Positions 8,719-17,957 of a stretch of DNA of 29,183 nt are shown here, piece by piece. The stretch comes from an uncultured Candidatus Saccharibacteria bacterium (lineage in GTDB: Bacteria > Patescibacteriota > Minisyncoccia > Phycocordibacterales > PALSA-1337). The notes under the pieces are model-generated. The model searched no databases and was not told the origin of the DNA. It saw nothing but the letters and a program-made list of their open reading frames with translations. Numbering within the stretch: position 1 is the first letter of the stretch; the number at the start of each line of letters is the position of its first letter. A program made the position numbers and the translations under genes. Location: the NCBI GenBank assembly GCA_964633555.1, contig CAZWGR010000001.1, positions 1 to 29,183 on the forward strand, given 5' to 3'.

Positions 8719-9603
8719 ATGAACACCATACAAGAATATCTGAAATTAGCAGAAAAACAGGGTAATGCTATCGGTCATTTTAATATTTCAAACTCCGATG
8801 GCTTTTGGGCTGTTGTACATGCTTCGCAAGAGCTCGAAGCAGAGCTTGGGCACAAGGTTCCTGTCATTATTGGCGTATCAGAAGGCGAAAGAGATTGTAT
8901 TGGAGTAGAAGCTGTTGCGCTTATGGTGCGCAGTGCTCGCGAAAAATACAATATACCTCTCTTTTTAAATGCTGATCATACATATTCTTTTGAACGAGTT
9001 AAAGAGGTAGTAGATGCCGGTTACGATGCTGTCATTTTTGATGGTACAGAATTACCTTTTGCTTCAAACGTTGCAGAAACTCAAAAGTGCAAAGAATATA
9101 TTACAAAAGTACGACCAGCAATGCTCCTCGAAGCCGAGCTTGGTTTTATCGGTAAGTCCTCAAAGGTTCTTGAGGGTATACCAGACAATGTAAAACTTAC
9201 TGATGAATTTTTAACTGACCCTATTGAGGCACAAAAGTTTATTAAAGAAACTGGTGCAGATATGCTCGCTCCAGCTGTAGGAAACATTCACGGCATGCTT
9301 AAGGGTGGAGTTGATCCAGCTTTAAATCCGCAGCGTGTACAAGAGATTAGTGAAGCTACAAAAGTTCCTTTAGTACTCCATGGAGCTTCGGGTAATTCTG
9401 ATGCCGAAATCAAAGAGTGTATTAAGGCTGGCGTTCGAATCGTGCACGTAAATACCGAGCTCCGCGTTGCCTTTAAACAGGGACTTATTAAGTACCTTCA
9501 AGAAAACCCTGATGAAGTTGCTCCTTATAAATATATGAAAGCAGCTCGAGACGCAATGAAAGATGTGGTAAAGAAAAAATTATTAGTTTTCATGAATGCT
9601 TAA
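8719..9603 (+). CDS. fba: Class II fructose-bisphosphate aldolase
   Basis: AIGHFN, LNADH, VIFDGT, LEAELG, LAPAVGNIHG, PLVLHGASG, VHVNTE; metal-binding His residues present. Confidence 0.93.
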   Translation: MNTIQEYLKLAEKQGNAIGHFNISNSDGFWAVVHASQELEAELGHKVPVIIGVSEGERDCIGVEAVALMVRSAREKYNIPLFLNADHTYSFERVKEVVDAGYDAVIFDGTELPFASNVAETQKCKEYITKVRPAMLLEAELGFIGKSSKVLEGIPDNVKLTDEFLTDPIEAQKFIKETGADMLAPAVGNIHGMLKGGVDPALNPQRVQEISEATKVPLVLHGASGNSDAEIKECIKAGVRIVHVNTELRVAFKQGLIKYLQENPDEVAPYKYMKAARDAMKDVVKKKLLVFMNA

Positions 9604-9604
9604 T

Positions 9605-10573
9605 ATGTCAAAAGTTTATATAACTCGCGAGATTCCACAGATTGGTATTGATATCCTTACTCAAGCAGGGCATACCGTTGAAATAAATAAGCTCCCACGA
9701 CCCTTAACAAAGGCCGAGCTTATTAAGGCTCTATCAGATACTCAGTACGATGCAGTTCTTTCTTTGCTTACTGATTCTATTGATGATGAAGTTTTGGCAG
9801 CCGCACCAAGTGTAAAAATCTTTGCTAACTATGCAATTGGTTTTAATAACTTTTCAGTAGAGGCAGCAAAAAAGCGTGGTGTGTTTTTAACAAACACTCC
9901 AGGGGGTGGGGCAGACAGAGTTGCTGAGCATACATGGGCGCTCATTCTTGGCCTTACATGCCGAGTTGTAGAAGGTGATTCATATATTCGAACGGGTAAG
10001 TATGTTGGCTGGGATCCTATGCTTTTGCATGGAACTAAATTAAATGGGGGAACTCTCGGTATTGTAGGAACTGGCCGTATTGGCGCCGAGGTTGCTCATA
10101 AGGCATGGCATGGTTTTGGTATGAAGGTTGCATATTACGATATTAAGCGTAATGACGACCTTGAAAAAAATTACGGAGCACAGTTTTGTGCAACCGTAGA
10201 AGAAGTCCTTAAGATTTCAGATATCGTTTCAATCCACGTTCCTCTTATGGAGGCAACGCATCACCTCATTAATGCAGAGCGATTGGCAATGATGAAAAAG
10301 ACTGCTTACCTCATCAATACTTCACGCGGTCCAGTTATCGATGAAGCCGCTCTTGTAGAGGCTTTAAAGAATAAAACAATAGCAGGGGCAGGACTTGATG
10401 TATTTGAATTCGAACCAAAGCTTACACCAGGGCTCGTTGACTTACCTAATGTAATTCTGACTCCACACATTGCTTCGGCAACCGAAGAGGCTCGATTAGA
10501 CATGGCTCGCTTATCAGCAACAAATATTGTAGAAGTCTTAGCCGGCCGAGCACCAAAAAATCCTGTTTACTAG
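9605..10573 (+). CDS. D-glycerate/2-hydroxyacid dehydrogenase (glyoxylate reductase-like)
   Basis: ANYAIGFNN, TLGIVGTGRIG Rossmann motif, INTSRGPVIDE, LDVFEFEP, TPHIASAT; ATG 9605 is 1 nt after the fba stop. Confidence 0.93.
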   Translation: MSKVYITREIPQIGIDILTQAGHTVEINKLPRPLTKAELIKALSDTQYDAVLSLLTDSIDDEVLAAAPSVKIFANYAIGFNNFSVEAAKKRGVFLTNTPGGGADRVAEHTWALILGLTCRVVEGDSYIRTGKYVGWDPMLLHGTKLNGGTLGIVGTGRIGAEVAHKAWHGFGMKVAYYDIKRNDDLEKNYGAQFCATVEEVLKISDIVSIHVPLMEATHHLINAERLAMMKKTAYLINTSRGPVIDEAALVEALKNKTIAGAGLDVFEFEPKLTPGLVDLPNVILTPHIASATEEARLDMARLSATNIVEVLAGRAPKNPVY

Positions 10574-10624
10574 GTTCCTTTTGCTTGTGATATACTTATT
10601 ACGTATTATTTAATGTAACTATAT

Positions 10625-10831
10625 ATGGGAATTGAATTTAACGAAGAGAATGCAATGATGAATCAGGCATATCAGCAGCAGGTGCAGCAAGCAAATTCTT
10701 CTGCTTTTGGCCGATTTCTTGTAGCTCGAGGTATTGCCAAAGATGATGCTCAAGCAAATATGATTTTGTTGGGTATTGCTGTTGCCGCGGTAATTTTGAC
10801 AGTTATTGTCATCTTTACATTCGTAATCTAG
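10625..10831 (+). CDS. Small hypothetical protein with C-terminal TM helix
   Basis: 68-aa ORF filling the gap, upstream TGA-TATACT, amphipathic segment followed by a hydrophobic tail. Confidence 0.7.
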   Translation: MGIEFNEENAMMNQAYQQQVQQANSSAFGRFLVARGIAKDDAQANMILLGIAVAAVILTVIVIFTFVI

Positions 10832-10871
10832 TGTTTTTGTGAGTTTAATAGGTCGAAAAACCCCGTAACCC

Positions 10872-10899
10872 TTGCTTTTTTTATAGAAATCAGTAGACT
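10872..10899 (+). promoter_or_regulatory. Putative sigma70 promoter of rplY
   Basis: TTGCTT-N16-TAGACT, ending 8 nt before the ATG. Confidence 0.5.
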
Positions 10900-10907
10900 G
10901 TTCTGGT

Positions 10908-11555
10908 ATGTATACGCTTAATGTCGAAAAAAGAACTCCAGCAGATTCAGTAGAGGCACTTAATAAAAAGGGCTTTATTCCTGCTGTATTCTATGGTCCA
11001 AAAGAACCATCAACTTCAGTTGCTGTTTCTCAGGTAGAATTTACTAAGGTTTGGAAAAAGGCAGGTGAGTCATCAATTATTAGTCTTAAGGTTGGCGGTG
11101 AGGAACACGATGTTCTTATTCATGATATCGATTTTCATCCTCTAACTGATGCAGCTCGTCACGTAGACTTCTATGTTATTGAAAAGGGCAAGAAGCTTAC
11201 TGTGGATGTTCCTGTAACATTCGTGAATGCTTCTCCTGCAGTTAAGGATCTTGGTGGTATTCTTGTTAAAGTGGCTCATGATCTTAAGATCAAGGCTATG
11301 CCAAAGGATCTTCCTCGAGAAATTGCTGTCGACATTGCACTTCTTACAGATCTTACAAGTGTTATTAAGGCTGGAGACATTAAACTCCCATCTGGAGTTG
11401 AACTCGCTACTGGTGCTGATGAAATCGTAGCTTCTATCGCAGTTGCTAAGGAAGAAGTTGAAGAAGCTCCTACAGCTATCGACATGTCAGCTATTGAAGT
11501 TGAAAAGAAAGGTAAAGAAGAACCAGCTCCTGGAGAAGGAGATGCTAAAGAATAA
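10908..11555 (+). CDS. rplY: 50S ribosomal protein L25 (long CTC/TL5 form)
   Basis: IPAVFYG, HVDFY, GGILVKVAHDL, P-x-x-LP, acidic C-terminal tail. Confidence 0.95.
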   Translation: MYTLNVEKRTPADSVEALNKKGFIPAVFYGPKEPSTSVAVSQVEFTKVWKKAGESSIISLKVGGEEHDVLIHDIDFHPLTDAARHVDFYVIEKGKKLTVDVPVTFVNASPAVKDLGGILVKVAHDLKIKAMPKDLPREIAVDIALLTDLTSVIKAGDIKLPSGVELATGADEIVASIAVAKEEVEEAPTAIDMSAIEVEKKGKEEPAPGEGDAKE

Positions 11556-11577
11556 TACAAAAGTGTTGTTCAATGAT

Positions 11578-11606
11578 AAAAACTGGCGCAAGCCGGTTTT
11601 TATTTT
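11578..11606. terminator. Intrinsic terminator after rplY
   Basis: aaaaactggc-gcaa-gccggttttt hairpin followed by a T-rich tract. Confidence 0.8.
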
Positions 11607-11620
11607 GGTATACTATGTAC

Positions 11621-13003
11621 ATGTCACAGGGTAGTCTCTACCAAAAAATAATAATGTTGTGCTCGGTAGCTATGTTAGTTTCGGGTTTTGTTATTGGTGT
11701 TGATTTTATCGTAGCGCCATATGTTGTGCATGCCGAAACTACCGCAGAACGCGAAACTCGCCTTAAGCAAGAATTGGCAAATGTCGAGCGCGAGGTAAAA
11801 GAAACCGAAGCTGCTCTCGCTTCTGCAAAAAATGAATCGGCATCTTTGGATCGAGATATTCGAATCCTCAATGCTGAAATTAAGGCTGCTCAGCTTAAGG
11901 TTCAAGCAAAAAACTTAGTTATTGCCACTTTGGGTAAAGATATTAGTACAAAGAATGAGCACATTGGCGAACTCAATGAACGTATTGAGCGTGGGCAAGA
12001 ATCACTCGCTGAGCTTTTGCGCAAAAGAAATGAATTTGATACGTATAGTTTGGCCGAGGTTGTATTAAGTAGAGTATCCCTTACTCAGTTTTTCGCCGAT
12101 ATTGATGATTTTGAAATGATTGAAGATGCGCTTGCGGCAACTTTTGCAGATATTCGCGACGCTCGATCACAAACAGAAACCGAAAAGCAAGCTCTCGATA
12201 AAAAGAAAAATCAAGAAATCGATGCCCGGGCCGTAATTGCAGAACAGAAAAAGAAAATTGAATCTGCAGAGGCAGAAAAAAAGCGCCTGTTGGCTGCAAG
12301 TAAGAATAGCGAAATGCTCTATTCGCAAATTGCCGCTGAAAAGCGTGCAAAAGCTGCCGAAATTCGTGCAGCACTCTTTTCTTTGCGTGACACTGCAGCA
12401 ATTCCATTTGAGCAAGCTTTGGCGTTTGCAAATGAAGCTGCACAAAAGACGGGTATTCGCCCAGCATTCCTTTTGGCTATTCTTATGCAAGAATCAGCTT
12501 TTGGTAAGAACGTAGGCTCGTGTTATTTAACTGACCCTGATACTGGCGCAGGCGCAAGTATTAAGAGCGGAACTAAGTTTCCTAATGTAATGAAGCCAGG
12601 AAGAGACGTTGAACCATTCATTGAAATCACAAAGGCTTTAGGGCTCGATCCATTCAAGACTCTTGTTTCTTGCCCACAATCAATTGGTTGGGGTGGAGCC
12701 ATGGGCCCAGCACAGTTCATTGCTTCTACATGGAAATTATTTGAAGCGCGACTTAAAACATCACTTGGTATACAAGCACCAAACCCCTGGGAGCCACGCC
12801 ATGCTTTTATGGCCTCAGCAATGTACCTATCAGACTTAGGTGCTAAGGGTGGTAGTTATACAGGTGAGCGCAATGCCGCTTGTCGGTATTATTCTGGTCG
12901 TGCTTGCACCGTAGGTAATATAAATACAACATATGGTGACCAGGTTATGGTAAAAGCTGCAAATATCCAGTTAACTATGATTAACCCTCTTGAAGGATTC
13001 TAA
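11621..13003 (+). CDS. Exported coiled-coil protein with C-terminal lytic transglycosylase (SLT-like) domain
   Basis: Signal/TM segment, long coiled coil, then AILMQES (catalytic Glu), GAMGPAQFIASTW, PNPW, AACRYY. Start chosen at ATG 11621, 6 nt after TGG-TATACT. Confidence 0.85.
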   Translation: MSQGSLYQKIIMLCSVAMLVSGFVIGVDFIVAPYVVHAETTAERETRLKQELANVEREVKETEAALASAKNESASLDRDIRILNAEIKAAQLKVQAKNLVIATLGKDISTKNEHIGELNERIERGQESLAELLRKRNEFDTYSLAEVVLSRVSLTQFFADIDDFEMIEDALAATFADIRDARSQTETEKQALDKKKNQEIDARAVIAEQKKKIESAEAEKKRLLAASKNSEMLYSQIAAEKRAKAAEIRAALFSLRDTAAIPFEQALAFANEAAQKTGIRPAFLLAILMQESAFGKNVGSCYLTDPDTGAGASIKSGTKFPNVMKPGRDVEPFIEITKALGLDPFKTLVSCPQSIGWGGAMGPAQFIASTWKLFEARLKTSLGIQAPNPWEPRHAFMASAMYLSDLGAKGGSYTGERNAACRYYSGRACTVGNINTTYGDQVMVKAANIQLTMINPLEGF

Positions 13004-13020
13004 GAATATTGCACGGTATA

Positions 13021-13049
13021 TTGCATTTATATTCAGTATCTGATATAGT
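13021..13049 (+). promoter_or_regulatory. Putative sigma70 leaderless promoter of rpmE
   Basis: TTGCAT-N17-(TGA)TATAGT-N7-ATG. Confidence 0.65.
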
Positions 13050-13056
13050 CTCTCGC

Positions 13057-13308
13057 ATGAAGCAAGATATTCATCCAAAGGAATACCGCCCAGTGATCTT
13101 CGTGGATAACTCAAACGGAGCTCAGTTTCTTATTCCTTCAACAATCAAAACATCAGAAAAGGGCTCATGGACAGACGGTAAAGAATACCCACTCTATCGA
13201 CTCGAAATTACAAGTGCATCACACCCATTCTATACAAACCAGGAAAAGGTGATGGATACTGCAGGACGTGTAGAAAAGTTCCGTTCTCGCCAGTCAAAGA
13301 AGAAATAA
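13057..13308 (+). CDS. rpmE: 50S ribosomal protein L31 type B (Zn-independent)
   Basis: MKQDIHPKEYRPVIF, EITSASHPFYT, AGRVEKF; no CxxC motifs. True start at ATG 13057. Confidence 0.95.
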   Translation: MKQDIHPKEYRPVIFVDNSNGAQFLIPSTIKTSEKGSWTDGKEYPLYRLEITSASHPFYTNQEKVMDTAGRVEKFRSRQSKKK

Positions 13309-13350
13309 AGAACCACTGGTTCATCTATCTTTTTTGCCGGGGCCTCACTC

Positions 13351-14349
13351 ATGAACCTCGACGAAATAAAAAAGAATCATAAAACTGCTTATTTAGCAGA
13401 AATGTACGAAGCGCTTTTAGTATCAGAGCGTGACGTTCTTGCTATGTCTGCAGATCCAAGTATGGCAGATTTGGCCAAAGATGAACTTGCATCAATTCAG
13501 ACTCAAAAGAAAGGTATAGAGCAACAAATAACTGCAATTCTTAATGCAGATAAAGAAGAGGAGGAATATCCAACTGAACTTATTCTTGAAATCCGCGCAG
13601 GAGCTGGCGGCGATGAAGCTGCGCTCTTTGTGGAAGAACTCATGATGATGTATAAGCGCTATGCCGAATCAAAAGGCTGGGGCACGCACATTACCGAAGA
13701 ATCTCGCGGTTCAGCAGGTGGTTATAAAGAAGTTCAGCTTATCGTAAAAGGCAAGGGCGTATACGAAGCATATAAATACGAAACTGGTGTGCACCGAGTG
13801 CAAAGAATTCCTGCTACTGAAAAAGCCGGAAGAGTACATACTTCTACCGTTTCAGTTGCCATGTTGCCGATTCGAAAGAAAGTTAAATTTGAAGTTAATC
13901 CAAGTGATATTCAGATGGAATTCTCTCGAGCGGGAGGAAAGGGTGGTCAGAATGTTAACAAGGTTGAAACCGCTGTGCGACTTTTACATATTCCAACAGG
14001 TATCGACGTTCGTGCCACTGCCGAGCGTTCTCAAGCCGCAAACCGCGAACGTGCTATGCAGGTTCTTATGGCAAAGCTCGAAGCTCTTAAAATTGAAGAA
14101 GATGCCAAAAAGTGGAGCGCAGATAAGCGTAGCCAGATCGGTACAGGTGACCGTTCTGAAAAGATTCGCACATATAATATTCTCCAGGATCGTATTACAG
14201 ACCACAGAATCAAGCATTCTTGGCACAATATCGAAACCATACTCGGTGGCGAAATGGAGCCATTAATTGAGGCTATTGAAGAATTTAAAAAGAGTGGAGC
14301 CGAAATTGCCCACGATACTTCGGGTATTGATGATGGCGATGATGCCTAA
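13351..14349 (+). CDS. prfA: Peptide chain release factor 1
   Basis: [24 protein letters not shown] (PxT = RF1 specificity, 13810-13818), GGQ (13942-13950), [10 protein letters not shown]. Confidence 0.95.
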   Translation: MNLDEIKKNHKTAYLAEMYEALLVSERDVLAMSADPSMADLAKDELASIQTQKKGIEQQITAILNADKEEEEYPTELILEIRAGAGGDEAALFVEELMMMYKRYAESKGWGTHITEESRGSAGGYKEVQLIVKGKGVYEAYKYETGVHRVQRIPATEKAGRVHTSTVSVAMLPIRKKVKFEVNPSDIQMEFSRAGGKGGQNVNKVETAVRLLHIPTGIDVRATAERSQAANRERAMQVLMAKLEALKIEEDAKKWSADKRSQIGTGDRSEKIRTYNILQDRITDHRIKHSWHNIETILGGEMEPLIEAIEEFKKSGAEIAHDTSGIDDGDDA

Positions 14350-14354
14350 AAGGG

Positions 14355-14383
14355 TTGCAAAAATACGGCTCATTTGCTAGGAT
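14355..14383 (+). promoter_or_regulatory. Putative sigma70 promoter of rpsB-tsf
   Basis: TTGCAA-N17-TAGGAT. Confidence 0.55.
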
Positions 14384-14403
14384 ACAGAGACCAATATATA
14401 CGT

Positions 14404-15105
14404 ATGTCAGAAAAACAAACTACAAATCCAGCAGTTATCGAGAACATGTTCAAGGTTGGCGCTCATTTTGCTTTCGCACGATCACGCCGACACCCAACAG
14501 TATTACCATTTATTTTCGGTGCTAAGAATAAGGTTGAAATCTTTGACCTTGAAAAAACAGAACAACTCCTAGAAAAGGCTAAGGCTTTTGTTCGAGGACT
14601 TGCTAAAGACGGAAAGGCAATTCTTTTCGTTGGTGGTAAGCCAGAAGCACGAGCTGCTATCCGAAAGGCTGGTATTTCTCTTGCTATGCCATTTGTTGAT
14701 GGTCGCTGGATCGGTGGTTCTCTTACAAACTTCCCAGAGGTTCGCAAGCGAGTAGAAAAACTCGAAAGACTCACTCTTGAGCGCGAAAAGGGAGAACTCG
14801 CTAAGTACACAAAGAAGGAGCGTCTTCTTATTGATCGAGAAATTTCTAACCTCGACATCATGTTCTCAGGTCTTATTCCAATGAAGGATATGCCAAAGGC
14901 TCTCTTTGTTATCGATCCAAAGAAAGAAGCTATTGCAGTTAAAGAAGCACAAGACAAGGGTATTCCAGTTATTGCTCTTCTTGGTTCAGACTGTGACTTT
15001 ACAGGCGTTGAAGTTCCTATCGTAGGAAACGATGCTTCACGAGCAAGTATTGAATTCTTTGTGAATGAAATTGTTCGAGCATACTCAGAAGGTAAAAAGG
15101 CTTAA
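14404..15105 (+). CDS. rpsB: 30S ribosomal protein S2
   Basis: GAHFAF, IFDLEKT, RWIGGSLTNF, MPKALFVID, AVKEA, PIVGND; ATG 14404 preferred over the upstream TTG. Confidence 0.97.
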   Translation: MSEKQTTNPAVIENMFKVGAHFAFARSRRHPTVLPFIFGAKNKVEIFDLEKTEQLLEKAKAFVRGLAKDGKAILFVGGKPEARAAIRKAGISLAMPFVDGRWIGGSLTNFPEVRKRVEKLERLTLEREKGELAKYTKKERLLIDREISNLDIMFSGLIPMKDMPKALFVIDPKKEAIAVKEAQDKGIPVIALLGSDCDFTGVEVPIVGNDASRASIEFFVNEIVRAYSEGKKA

Positions 15106-15170
15106 TACCCTCTAGGGTCTTAAGTAGGTTTGGTGTATACTTTACATATTAGTTAATACTCAAAAGAATT

Positions 15171-15758
15171 ATGATCACCACAGAACTCATTAAGGAATTA
15201 CGAGACAGAACAGGAGTTTCAGTAATGCAGTGCAAGAAAGCTCTTGAAGAGGCTCAGGGCGACCTTGAAAAGGCACTTATTATTCTTCGCAAGAAGAGTG
15301 GTGAAATTGCTGCAAAGAAAGGTGATCGAACATTCGGTGCCGGAACAATTCAGTCATATGTTCATGCAAATGGCTCTGTAGCCGCTATGGTTGAACTTGT
15401 ATGCGAAACTGACTTCGTATCAGGTAACGATGAATTTAAGGCTTTGGCCCGTGATATTGCTATGCATGTAACAGCAGCTAATCCAAAGTTTCTTAAGTCA
15501 TCTGAAATTACTCCAGAAGTTACAGCTAAGGCTCAAGAAGTTTTTGCTGAAGAAGTAAAAGATAAGCCAGAAGCAATGCGAGCAAAGATTCTTGAAGGAA
15601 AGCTTGCAACATACTTTGGCGAAATGGTGCTTTTGAATCAGCTTTTCATTAAAAATCAGGACCTCACAATTCAAGCTCTTATTGATGCAGCCATGCAAAA
15701 GTTCGGCGAGAAAATCGAAATTGCTCGATTTGTTCGCTACGGTGTGCTACAACAGTAA
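15171..15758 (+). CDS. tsf: Elongation factor Ts (short form)
   Basis: IKELRDRTG, CKKALEE, ELVCETDFV, DIAMHV, LLNQLFIK, IEIARFVRY. Confidence 0.97.
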   Translation: MITTELIKELRDRTGVSVMQCKKALEEAQGDLEKALIILRKKSGEIAAKKGDRTFGAGTIQSYVHANGSVAAMVELVCETDFVSGNDEFKALARDIAMHVTAANPKFLKSSEITPEVTAKAQEVFAEEVKDKPEAMRAKILEGKLATYFGEMVLLNQLFIKNQDLTIQALIDAAMQKFGEKIEIARFVRYGVLQQ

Positions 15759-16147
15759 TGATATCTGTACCAACAATTGCATTTGCAGTTTCTTTGGTAG
15801 GCATTCTCTGTATGCTCGGTATTAAGTCGTATGAAGTTACGACAGGGCGAAATAGTTTATTGGCTTTAGTGAGCGAGAAAACCAACCATATTGTTCATGG
15901 TTGGTTTTCTGCAATTGATAGTTGGATTCGCAGTGTTAACAGAGATTCAGTGTTCTCTTTGACGATACTGGGTGCCCGTTTTATTCGAAATATACTTTTT
16001 TCTGTTTACGAGGCCACTCTTAAGTATGCGCAAGCACACCCACAGTCAAAAAAGATACTCGATATGGTTGCGGGGAAGACTCCAATCAAGCGAGGGGGTG
16101 CCTCAATATATCTTAAGAAGATTGGTGAGGATAGATTGATGAAATAA
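15758..16147 (+). CDS. Hypothetical membrane-anchored protein
   Basis: ATG overlaps the tsf stop (TAATG); N-terminal TM helix, basic C-terminus. Confidence 0.65.
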   Translation: MISVPTIAFAVSLVGILCMLGIKSYEVTTGRNSLLALVSEKTNHIVHGWFSAIDSWIRSVNRDSVFSLTILGARFIRNILFSVYEATLKYAQAHPQSKKILDMVAGKTPIKRGGASIYLKKIGEDRLMK

Positions 16148-16178
16148 AAGAAATAGTGTAATATGGCTTGTGTTGATT

Positions 16179-16251
16179 GCCACCTTAGCTCAGTTGGTAG
16201 AGCAACTGTTTTGTAAACAGTAGGTCCCCGGTTCAAGCCCGGGAGGTGGCT
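16179..16251 (+). tRNA. tRNA-Thr (anticodon UGU), CCA not encoded
   Basis: Cloverleaf: acceptor GCCACCT/AGGTGGC, D arm GCTC/GAGC, anticodon arm ACTGT-TTTGTAA-ACAGT, T arm CCCGG-TTCAAGC-CCGGG, discriminator T. Confidence 0.97.
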
Positions 16252-16311
16252 CAGTTAAACTTCTACACATATTTAATAGTCACGACTATAAATGTGCTTT
16301 ATACTAGTGGT

Positions 16312-17178
16312 ATGAATGTTCGAAGTAATAATAAAATTCTCACCCAAAAAGCTTTCACTTTAATAGAGCTACTTGTCGTTATTTCAATAATTGGCCTTCT
16401 GTCGTCTATTGTTCTTGCTTCGGTCACAAGTGCTCGAGAAAAAGCTCGACTAGCTGCTGCAAGATCATTCGCCACCGCTCAGTATCGAGCGTTTGGCGCT
16501 GATACAGTTTTGGGTTTTAATTTTAATGAGTCGAGTGGTAACCCGATTGATGAGGTTAGTGGTTTTGCATGTACTCTGGCGGGAAATGCAGCGCGGAGTT
16601 CTGATAATCCAACAGGTATTGGAAATTCTTTGAGCCTGGACGGTACGGGAGATTATTGTACTGTTGGTGTAACGGCCGGCTCACTTCCCACAACCATAAT
16701 GAATGAAGGGGGGAAGTACACAGTGGGTTTATGGTACAAACCTAGTGGTCTACCAGTGGGTACAACCGTGTACTTTTTTCCACGAACTACATTTTTTGGC
16801 GGTCTGTATCTTAATGCATCAAATCAAGTTCGTTTGGGGCTGTACTACGCCGGTGGCACATCATCTTTTGGTCTAACTCCCTCGAATAGGTTAACGGCCG
16901 GTCAGTGGCACCATTTAGCCTATTCAGTTGATACTATTCAAAATAAGGTAGAGTTATATTTGGATGGCCAATCTATAGCGTCTGGAACTTTGGCTAACGA
17001 TGTGTATGCTTACTCAAACTCTACAGGATATTTTATTGGAGGAGTGTCGGCCGGCAACCTTAACGCAAACGGTCTTATTGATGACGTTCGTCTATATTCT
17101 CAAGCTTTCACATTAGCTGAAATACAAAAGCTCTATGCTGAAGGTCTAGAAACAAAGCAATTGGCTCAGAATAACTAG
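16312..17178 (+). CDS. Type IV pilin-like protein (prepilin N-terminal cleavage motif) fused to a LamG/ConA-like domain
   Basis: QKA|FTLIELLVVISIIGLLSSIVLAS; LamG motifs (WHHLAYS, LYLDGQ, GLIDDVRLYSQA). Start ATG 16312, 6 nt after TATACT; the longer ORF would begin in the tRNA. Confidence 0.88.
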   Translation: MNVRSNNKILTQKAFTLIELLVVISIIGLLSSIVLASVTSAREKARLAAARSFATAQYRAFGADTVLGFNFNESSGNPIDEVSGFACTLAGNAARSSDNPTGIGNSLSLDGTGDYCTVGVTAGSLPTTIMNEGGKYTVGLWYKPSGLPVGTTVYFFPRTTFFGGLYLNASNQVRLGLYYAGGTSSFGLTPSNRLTAGQWHHLAYSVDTIQNKVELYLDGQSIASGTLANDVYAYSNSTGYFIGGVSAGNLNANGLIDDVRLYSQAFTLAEIQKLYAEGLETKQLAQNN

Positions 17179-17230
17179 ACTTCGCTCGGCATTGGCAATT
17201 TTGAATTTGTTGGAGTATGATAGCTATACC

Positions 17231-17956
17231 ATGATCCAAAAAAGACATATTCACCCAGCAACACAGCTTATACGAGATGTCGTTACGATTTTTAATGACT
17301 TAGGTTTTAATGTTGCAACAGGGCCAGAGCTTGAAGTTGAATACTATAACTTCGATGCTCTCAATATTCCTAAAGATCACCCATCTCGCGATATGCAAGA
17401 TACTTTTTGGATTAAAACTCCAAAGCCAATAACAGACCCTCGCGAGCGCAAATTGCTCACAACTCAGACTTCTGCAATTCAAATTCGTTACATGGAAGAA
17501 ATGCTCAAAAAAGGCATTCAGCCACCATATAAAATTATTGCTCCAGGAAAGGTATATCGAAACGAGGCAACCGATGCAACTCATGAAGTTCAGTTCCACC
17601 AAGTAGAAGCATTGCTTGTTAATAAGACTACAAATCTTGCTGAACTTAAGGGAACACTCGAGCACGCTTTTAAAAAGCTCTTTGGTGATGATGTTGTAAT
17701 CCGCTTTCGACCAAGTTACTTTCCTTTCGTTGAGCCTGGTGTTGAAGTTGATATGAAGTGGAAAGATACATGGCTTGAAGTTGCCGGTGCTGGTATGGTG
17801 CATCCTAATGTTTTATCTGCCGTAGGTCTTGATCCACAAGAGTGGCGTGGCTTTGCTTTTGCTTTCGGCCTTGATCGACTCATTATGCTTAAATACGGTA
17901 TCGATGATATACGCAATTTATACAACGGAGATATGCGCTTCGTAGAACAATTCTAA
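17231..17956 (+). CDS. pheS: Phenylalanyl-tRNA synthetase alpha subunit (no N-terminal coiled-coil arm)
   Basis: HIHP, HPSRDMQDTF, motif 2 KVYRNEATDATHEVQFHQVE, FRPSYFPFVEP, motif 3 FGLDRL. Confidence 0.96.
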   Translation: MIQKRHIHPATQLIRDVVTIFNDLGFNVATGPELEVEYYNFDALNIPKDHPSRDMQDTFWIKTPKPITDPRERKLLTTQTSAIQIRYMEEMLKKGIQPPYKIIAPGKVYRNEATDATHEVQFHQVEALLVNKTTNLAELKGTLEHAFKKLFGDDVVIRFRPSYFPFVEPGVEVDMKWKDTWLEVAGAGMVHPNVLSAVGLDPQEWRGFAFAFGLDRLIMLKYGIDDIRNLYNGDMRFVEQF

Positions 17957-17957
17957 T

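Noticed and set aside
12081-12515. Long antisense or alternate-frame ORFs (e.g. 12081-12467, 14463-14957, 4650-5114, 28109-28648, 26066-26410)
   Set aside because: They lie inside well-conserved genes, show no recognisable motifs, and are expected shadows of codon bias or repeats.
16246-16311. Longer ORF-track starts (pilin 16246, rpmE 13009, transglycosylase 11573, pfkB 8729, pheS 17192, rpsB 14374)
   Set aside because: The extensions run through a tRNA, terminators or promoter boxes and precede the family's conserved N-terminus; downstream ATGs fit better.
16179-17230. Integrative element or prophage at tRNA-Thr
   Set aside because: No integrase and no duplicated tRNA 3' end downstream; only a single gene lies in the interval.
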